Below are positions 59,450 to 64,000 of a stretch of 64,000 nucleotides of DNA, in pieces. The stretch lies in contig DAOORA010000014.1 in the NCBI GenBank assembly GCA_035389045.1, positions 1 through 64,000 of the forward strand. The letters run 5' to 3'. Within the stretch, counting starts at the first letter, position 1. The number at the start of each line of letters is the position of its first letter. The position numbers and the translations under genes are program-made. The notes beneath the pieces were generated by a model. It ran no database searches and was not told the DNA's origin. It was given only the letters and a program-made list of their open reading frames with translations. The DNA is from Bacteroidales bacterium (GTDB lineage Bacteria > Bacteroidota > Bacteroidia > Bacteroidales > CAIWKO01).

Positions 59450-59806
59450 ATGAAAAAAACATTTATTACGATTTTAGTGTTTGCGGTGGCAATGCTGTTT
59501 TCATCAGCAGCTTATTGTCTGCACGAAAACAAACCCGTTGCCCACAACATTCAAAAGTCCAGCATAAGCGGAAAAGTTGCTGATAAACAAACAGGCGAAA
59601 GTCTTGCAGGCGTTTTGGTGTCAATAAAAGACTCGGGGTTAAATGTCTACACCGATTTTGACGGGAATTTTTCATTTGACAACATTGAGCCGGGGACGTA
59701 CATCATTGAAGTAAAATACATCTCCTATTCCGTTGATGAAATCCCAAAAGTTACCTGCAAAGCCGGACAAGAAACACGAATTAACATCGGGATTAAAACA
59801 AATTAA
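59450..59806 (+). CDS. Stand-alone carboxypeptidase-regulatory-like domain protein
   Basis: Signal peptide; ISGKVADKQTGESLAGV...YTDFDGNFSF..PGTY...YISY. Confidence 0.85.
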   Translation: MKKTFITILVFAVAMLFSSAAYCLHENKPVAHNIQKSSISGKVADKQTGESLAGVLVSIKDSGLNVYTDFDGNFSFDNIEPGTYIIEVKYISYSVDEIPKVTCKAGQETRINIGIKTN

Positions 59807-59896
59807 AACTCTGAATTCGTTCCAGGCTAATCGTATTATGACTTTTAATACAATAGGTTTCATTATATAACCTCATCACCAGATATACATGCGATA

Positions 59897-60349
59897 ATGA
59901 AGAAATTACTGTTCTCTCTGTTTCTGACCATTTCAACAGCTTCGTTTGCTCAGGAAATAGTTCTAAAAGACAGCCTGTACTATACAATGACTCTTTATAC
60001 CGGAATTTATAAGGAGTTTTATCCCGGCGGAAAACTCAAAGCAGAAATACCTATCATCAAAGGGAAAATTGATGGTGAATACTTCAGTTATTATGAAAAC
60101 GGAGCAAAAAAAGAGCTCAGGAGCTATTCCGAGGGCAAAAAAAACGGCCTGTGGTGTACATGGAATGAAACCGGTACCAGAACAGCAGAAGCCGGCTATA
60201 AGGATGATCTTAAGGATGGCAATTGGTATATATGGGACGAAAACGGTGTTAAGCGTTATGAAATGCATTACAGAGAAGGGAACAAGACAGGCACCTGGAT
60301 CATGTGGAATGAAAAAGGAGAGTTAAAAAAGGAAAAGAAATATGACTAG
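59897..60349 (+). CDS. MORN-variant repeat (YwqK-like) secreted protein
   Basis: Signal peptide; repeated G.W..(W/Y)(D/N/Y)E.G units. Confidence 0.85.
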   Translation: MKKLLFSLFLTISTASFAQEIVLKDSLYYTMTLYTGIYKEFYPGGKLKAEIPIIKGKIDGEYFSYYENGAKKELRSYSEGKKNGLWCTWNETGTRTAEAGYKDDLKDGNWYIWDENGVKRYEMHYREGNKTGTWIMWNEKGELKKEKKYD

Positions 60350-60413
60350 CACATCCAGAGCCATTTCACTTGCCAATACTATCCAGGTAGGACAACCGCA
60401 TGCACAAAACTGA

Positions 60414-63284
60414 ATGATTATGAACTCTTTGAAAACTCTGTTTCAACTGCTGTGCTGTCTCCAATGCCTGAGCATCAGCACTGTTTTTTCGCAAAACGAG
60501 ACTATCACCGGAACCATTACCGACCTGAAAACCAGAGAAACCATAGTTGGAGCCACGGTAATGATTGAAGGAAGCACAACCGGGGTTAGTTCCGACCTTG
60601 ACGGCAACTTCAAACTCGGTCCGTTAAAACCTGGAAATTATACTTTGGTGGTGTCCTATATTTCTTACAAAAAACAGCTTATTGAAAATATAAAGGTGGA
60701 TAAGGGAAAGCCGGTCGTCATATTTGTTGAACTCGAACAGGTGAATACAGAAATTTCAGGAGTTACCATAGTTGGAACACGCAGGCACGACAGTGAAATA
60801 TCCATGATAACTTCCATAAAGTCTTCCGATATGGTTGTCAGCGGTATTTCAAGCCAGCAGATCAGTAAATCACAGGATAAAGATGCCGCCGAGGTCGTCA
60901 GACGTATTCCCGGCATTACCATCACCGGCAACCGTTTTATTGTGGTGCGCGGCCTCAATGAACGCTATAATACGGTATGGCTGAACAACTCATCCACGCC
61001 CAGTCTCGAATCGGATGTAAAGGCATTTTCTTTTGACCTGATACCAAGCTCGCTGATCGACAATATTCTAGTTTATAAAACACCAGCGCCGGAACTTCCA
61101 GGTGATTTTGCAGGCGCGGCCATAGAAATTTTCACAAAGAATATTCCTGAAAAAGATAATATCACTATATCGTATGGGACGTCATTTATAGAAGCGACAA
61201 CTTTCAAACCCTTTTATGAATATGAGGGCGGCAAATGGGATGCTCTTGGCTCGGATGATGGTACCCGTGCTTTACCCGAAAGCTTTCCGGATTATCATCT
61301 TAATGAAATACCACGTGATGCAGCCGGAAAAGAATACCGTACAGAAGTGGGACGTATGCTGAACAAAATATGGGAGCCTGAAAAAAAAACAGCCCTGAAT
61401 GACAACAAAGCCTCAATAACCTTAGCAAAGAAATTCAAAGCAGGAAAATCTACTTTTGGTAACATCACTGCTATTAATTATTCGGATTCGTACTCATCAA
61501 AGGAACTTTTCAGGGCAAATTACCTGGCTTTCGACAGAATAAACGAGGTGAGTGATACGGCCTATTATTTCAACGACCATCAATACGTCCACAACTCAAA
61601 GGTCAGCGCGCTGATGAACTGGTCGTTTCAGACAAGCAAGGGGCATACCATAATATTGTGTAACCTTTTTAACCAGGTTGGCTCCTCCAAGACCACCCTG
61701 TCTGAAGGCAAAGATAATTACGGCGGTATGACACTTAAATCTTATGAGCTGGATTATACGGCACGTACTATATATTCAGGACAGATAGGAGGCAAACACC
61801 CGATAAAAAAAGATCGTTCCAAACTGGACTGGACCATAGGTTACTCTTATGCCCGTAAGAATCAACCCGACATCAGGCGAATAACTTCCGTGCTGAACGA
61901 AGACATTGAAAGCCCTTACTACGACATGTACGGGATAAATTTTAATTTTGCCGCCAACTCTGACCAAAACGGCCGGATATTTATGGATACCAGGGAACAG
62001 ATTATTTCTGTGACGGGAAATTTTGAACAAAAGATACGTATCGGAAACTTTCATCCTGAAATCAAGGCCGGTTTGTTTTATGAAACAAAAAACCGTGCAT
62101 TTGATGCCCGCCTTCTTGGGTTTGCCATTGCCAGATCCTCCTCCTTTAATTGGGATATCCCATATATGCCCATCGCAGAGATATTTGCCGACACGAATAT
62201 TAATGCCACAACAGGCATAAAAATTGACGAGCAGACAAATTCCCTGGACAGGTATGCTGCCGGAAATAATCTTTTGGCGGTTTATCTCGGTCTGAAAATA
62301 CCCTTTCTGCAGAGATTCAATTTATATGCCGGTGTACGGATGGAAAAATATCAGTTAAAACTTTCTTCCGGTTCCGAAACCGAACCTGTGTCGGTTGAAA
62401 ACGACACCCTGAATTTTTTTCCTTCTGCAAACCTCTCATTCAACATCAACGAAAAAAATCTGATTCGCATTGCCTACGGGCACACTATCAACCATCCTGA
62501 ATTCAGGGAAGTAGCACCTTTTAACTTTTATGTTTACGAGCTTAAAGCATATTATAAAGGTAATCCGGCATTAAAGAGTGCCTACATCCATAACATTGAT
62601 TTCCGATACGAATATTACCCTTCATTTTCAGAGATGCTGACCATTGGCGCCTTTTACAAGAGTTTTAAAAATCCTATTGAGGCCGCTATGTATTCGGCCG
62701 GATCGGGTTGGGATTATACTTTTATCAATGCCATAAGCTCTTATAGTTTCGGGGCAGAACTCGATCTCCGGAAATCGTTCGCTGATCTTGCAAAAAAAGA
62801 AAATTTCCTTAGAAATTTTAAAGACTTCACCGTAGTGCTCAATTTGTCAGTAATCAAGAGTGAAGTGACAACCGATGATGTTTTTGCCCGGGAAAAAGTC
62901 CGCCCCATGCAAGGACAATCGCCTTTTATAATAAACACCGGTATTTATTATCAAAACGACACCATAGGTCTTGGTATCAGCCTGCTTTACAATGTCATTG
63001 GCAAAAGAATCGTTTACGTTGGTAATGTAAACGACCCACACACCTATGAAATGCCCCGAAACATCCTTGATTTTACAATTTCCAAATTTATCGGCAAATA
63101 TGTGCAAATTAAATTCGGTATCAATGACCTGCTCAATCAAAAACACACCCTTGTACAAACAGAAAAATACCAAAAAGATACCGATGGCGATGGTAATGGC
63201 GATCAGACAAATTCGCATCAGCAGGTTACCCGGCAATTTAAAACAGGAAGGTATTATTCGCTCGGAGTTAGTTTGACTCTTTGA
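60414..63284 (+). CDS. TonB-dependent receptor
   Basis: N-terminal carboxypeptidase-like domain, plug (RRIPGITI, VRGLNERYN, FDLIPS, PGDFAG), barrel motifs (PEFRE.APF, GNPAL, NPIE, MQGQSP). Confidence 0.93.
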   Translation: MIMNSLKTLFQLLCCLQCLSISTVFSQNETITGTITDLKTRETIVGATVMIEGSTTGVSSDLDGNFKLGPLKPGNYTLVVSYISYKKQLIENIKVDKGKPVVIFVELEQVNTEISGVTIVGTRRHDSEISMITSIKSSDMVVSGISSQQISKSQDKDAAEVVRRIPGITITGNRFIVVRGLNERYNTVWLNNSSTPSLESDVKAFSFDLIPSSLIDNILVYKTPAPELPGDFAGAAIEIFTKNIPEKDNITISYGTSFIEATTFKPFYEYEGGKWDALGSDDGTRALPESFPDYHLNEIPRDAAGKEYRTEVGRMLNKIWEPEKKTALNDNKASITLAKKFKAGKSTFGNITAINYSDSYSSKELFRANYLAFDRINEVSDTAYYFNDHQYVHNSKVSALMNWSFQTSKGHTIILCNLFNQVGSSKTTLSEGKDNYGGMTLKSYELDYTARTIYSGQIGGKHPIKKDRSKLDWTIGYSYARKNQPDIRRITSVLNEDIESPYYDMYGINFNFAANSDQNGRIFMDTREQIISVTGNFEQKIRIGNFHPEIKAGLFYETKNRAFDARLLGFAIARSSSFNWDIPYMPIAEIFADTNINATTGIKIDEQTNSLDRYAAGNNLLAVYLGLKIPFLQRFNLYAGVRMEKYQLKLSSGSETEPVSVENDTLNFFPSANLSFNINEKNLIRIAYGHTINHPEFREVAPFNFYVYELKAYYKGNPALKSAYIHNIDFRYEYYPSFSEMLTIGAFYKSFKNPIEAAMYSAGSGWDYTFINAISSYSFGAELDLRKSFADLAKKENFLRNFKDFTVVLNLSVIKSEVTTDDVFAREKVRPMQGQSPFIINTGIYYQNDTIGLGISLLYNVIGKRIVYVGNVNDPHTYEMPRNILDFTISKFIGKYVQIKFGINDLLNQKHTLVQTEKYQKDTDGDGNGDQTNSHQQVTRQFKTGRYYSLGVSLTL

Positions 63285-63361
63285 TTTTTTTTCACTGTTG
63301 TCCGGTAAAAATATTTTAAATATGCTGAATAGCTTTATTTTCAAAACATTTACAACATATC

Positions 63362-63413
63362 GCCACCTACCTGCCCAATCCGCCAACCGGCGGATTATTC
63401 AGGCGGGCGGGGC
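63362..63413. repeat. Nested GC-rich palindromes (REP-like or terminator) after the TonB receptor
   Basis: AATCCGCC-AACC-GGCGGATT inside CCTACCTG...CAGGCGGG. Confidence 0.5.
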
Positions 63414-63619
63414 TTTATTTTTCATTGTAATGTTTTTTCTACCAATATGCCGCCTCTAACGAGGATAAAAAAGTTCCAAATGTCTATAATATTATCATAA
63501 TGAATAATTTACAAATTTATGATAGCGTCGCAGGTACGAAATATTACATATTTAAAAAATTAACCGGACAATAATGATTTTTTTTGCATTTGTCTCGCTA
63601 TTTTTTCAAAATAATTCCT

Positions 63620-63658
63620 CTTAACATAACGGTATTATAAACTTAAAACCAGGTTAAC
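63620..63658 (+). promoter_or_regulatory. Pho-box-like TTAA repeats upstream of the last gene
   Basis: TTAA cores at 63621, 63643, 63654 (multiples of 11 bp). Confidence 0.45.
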
Positions 63659-63709
63659 AGCGCCGCAGGCAAAGCGATATACCTTTGCTGTAAAACAAAA
63701 CGAACCATT

Positions 63710-64000
63710 ATGAAAAGGACAATTTTACTTATTGCTGTAATTCTTTCAGCAATTTTCAGCACAAGATCACAATCAATCAACGACCCGTTTTTTGAGCAGG
63801 TCAATTACCTTGGCGCTTTTGGCAATGATAACTGGACCAGCGGTTGGTGTAACTGGGATCCTCAGAATACAATTTATCCTTCAGCCAATGTCATCATCAA
63901 CAGCGGAGATACCATAAAAACCAATACCACCTGGACCAGCAACAACACCTACCTTCTAAACGGGTGGATATATGTGAAAAACAATGCAGTGCTTACCATT
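63710..64000 (+). CDS. Secreted beta-helix-type protein, truncated by the window end
   Basis: Manual translation MKRTILLIAVILSAIFSTRSQSINDPFFEQVNYLGAFGNDNWTSGWCNWDPQNTIYP...TTWTSNNTYLLNGWIYVKNNAVLTI; open to the window edge. Confidence 0.8.
   Translation, partial: MKRTILLIAVILSAIFSTRSQSINDPFFEQVNYLGAFGNDNWTSGWCNWDPQNTIYPSANVIINSGDTIKTNTTWTSNNTYLLNGWIYVKNNAVLTI

Noticed and set aside
59897..60349. Toxin-antitoxin antitoxin (YwqK label)
   Set aside because: It has a signal peptide and no adjacent toxin; better described as a generic MORN-variant repeat protein.

Overview
AT-rich window from a Bacteroidota (probably Bacteroidales-like) chromosome. Evidence for the lineage: repeated TAnnTTTG -7 promoter boxes, several T9SS C-terminal sorting domains, DUF1573 and WG-repeat proteins, and signal peptides followed by Gln. 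Left end (1-5 kb) is a tRNA integration hotspot on the minus strand. It holds a degenerate tRNA-Ser copy whose anticodon arm is overwritten by a palindrome, intact tRNA-Ser(GCT), a small att-bounded islet with a three-gene HipBST-like module and a MITE, a T9SS-tagged multiheme cytochrome c, tRNA-Pro(TGG), and a tRNA-Arg(TCT) cut off after the anticodon arm next to the start of a probable tyrosine integrase. The middle is mostly housekeeping and secreted-protein genes: aminotransferase, M4 peptidase, rplS, trmD, OmpA/PD40 protein, sigma-54 regulator, ettA, pcrA/uvrD, two AAA_14/DUF4143 ATPases, nrfHA, rfbD-uxs-ugd and nqrABCDEF. It also has several non-coding repeat structures, including a 100-bp duplication of the pcrA 3' end flanking a Kelch gene and two 161-bp MITEs flanking the sugar-nucleotide genes. 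At 48.6-54.4 kb there is an 11-gene bacterial microcompartment operon of the sugar-phosphate-utilisation type (2 BMC-H, 2 BMC-T, 4 BMC-P, aldehyde dehydrogenase and DeoC with encapsulation peptides, an atypical RpiB). It has no PduL or alcohol dehydrogenase. The right end is a probable phosphate-regulated region (DUF47-PiT, TonB-dependent receptor, secreted proteins) with 11-bp-periodic TTAA boxes. All calls come from reading motifs by eye; no database searches were run.
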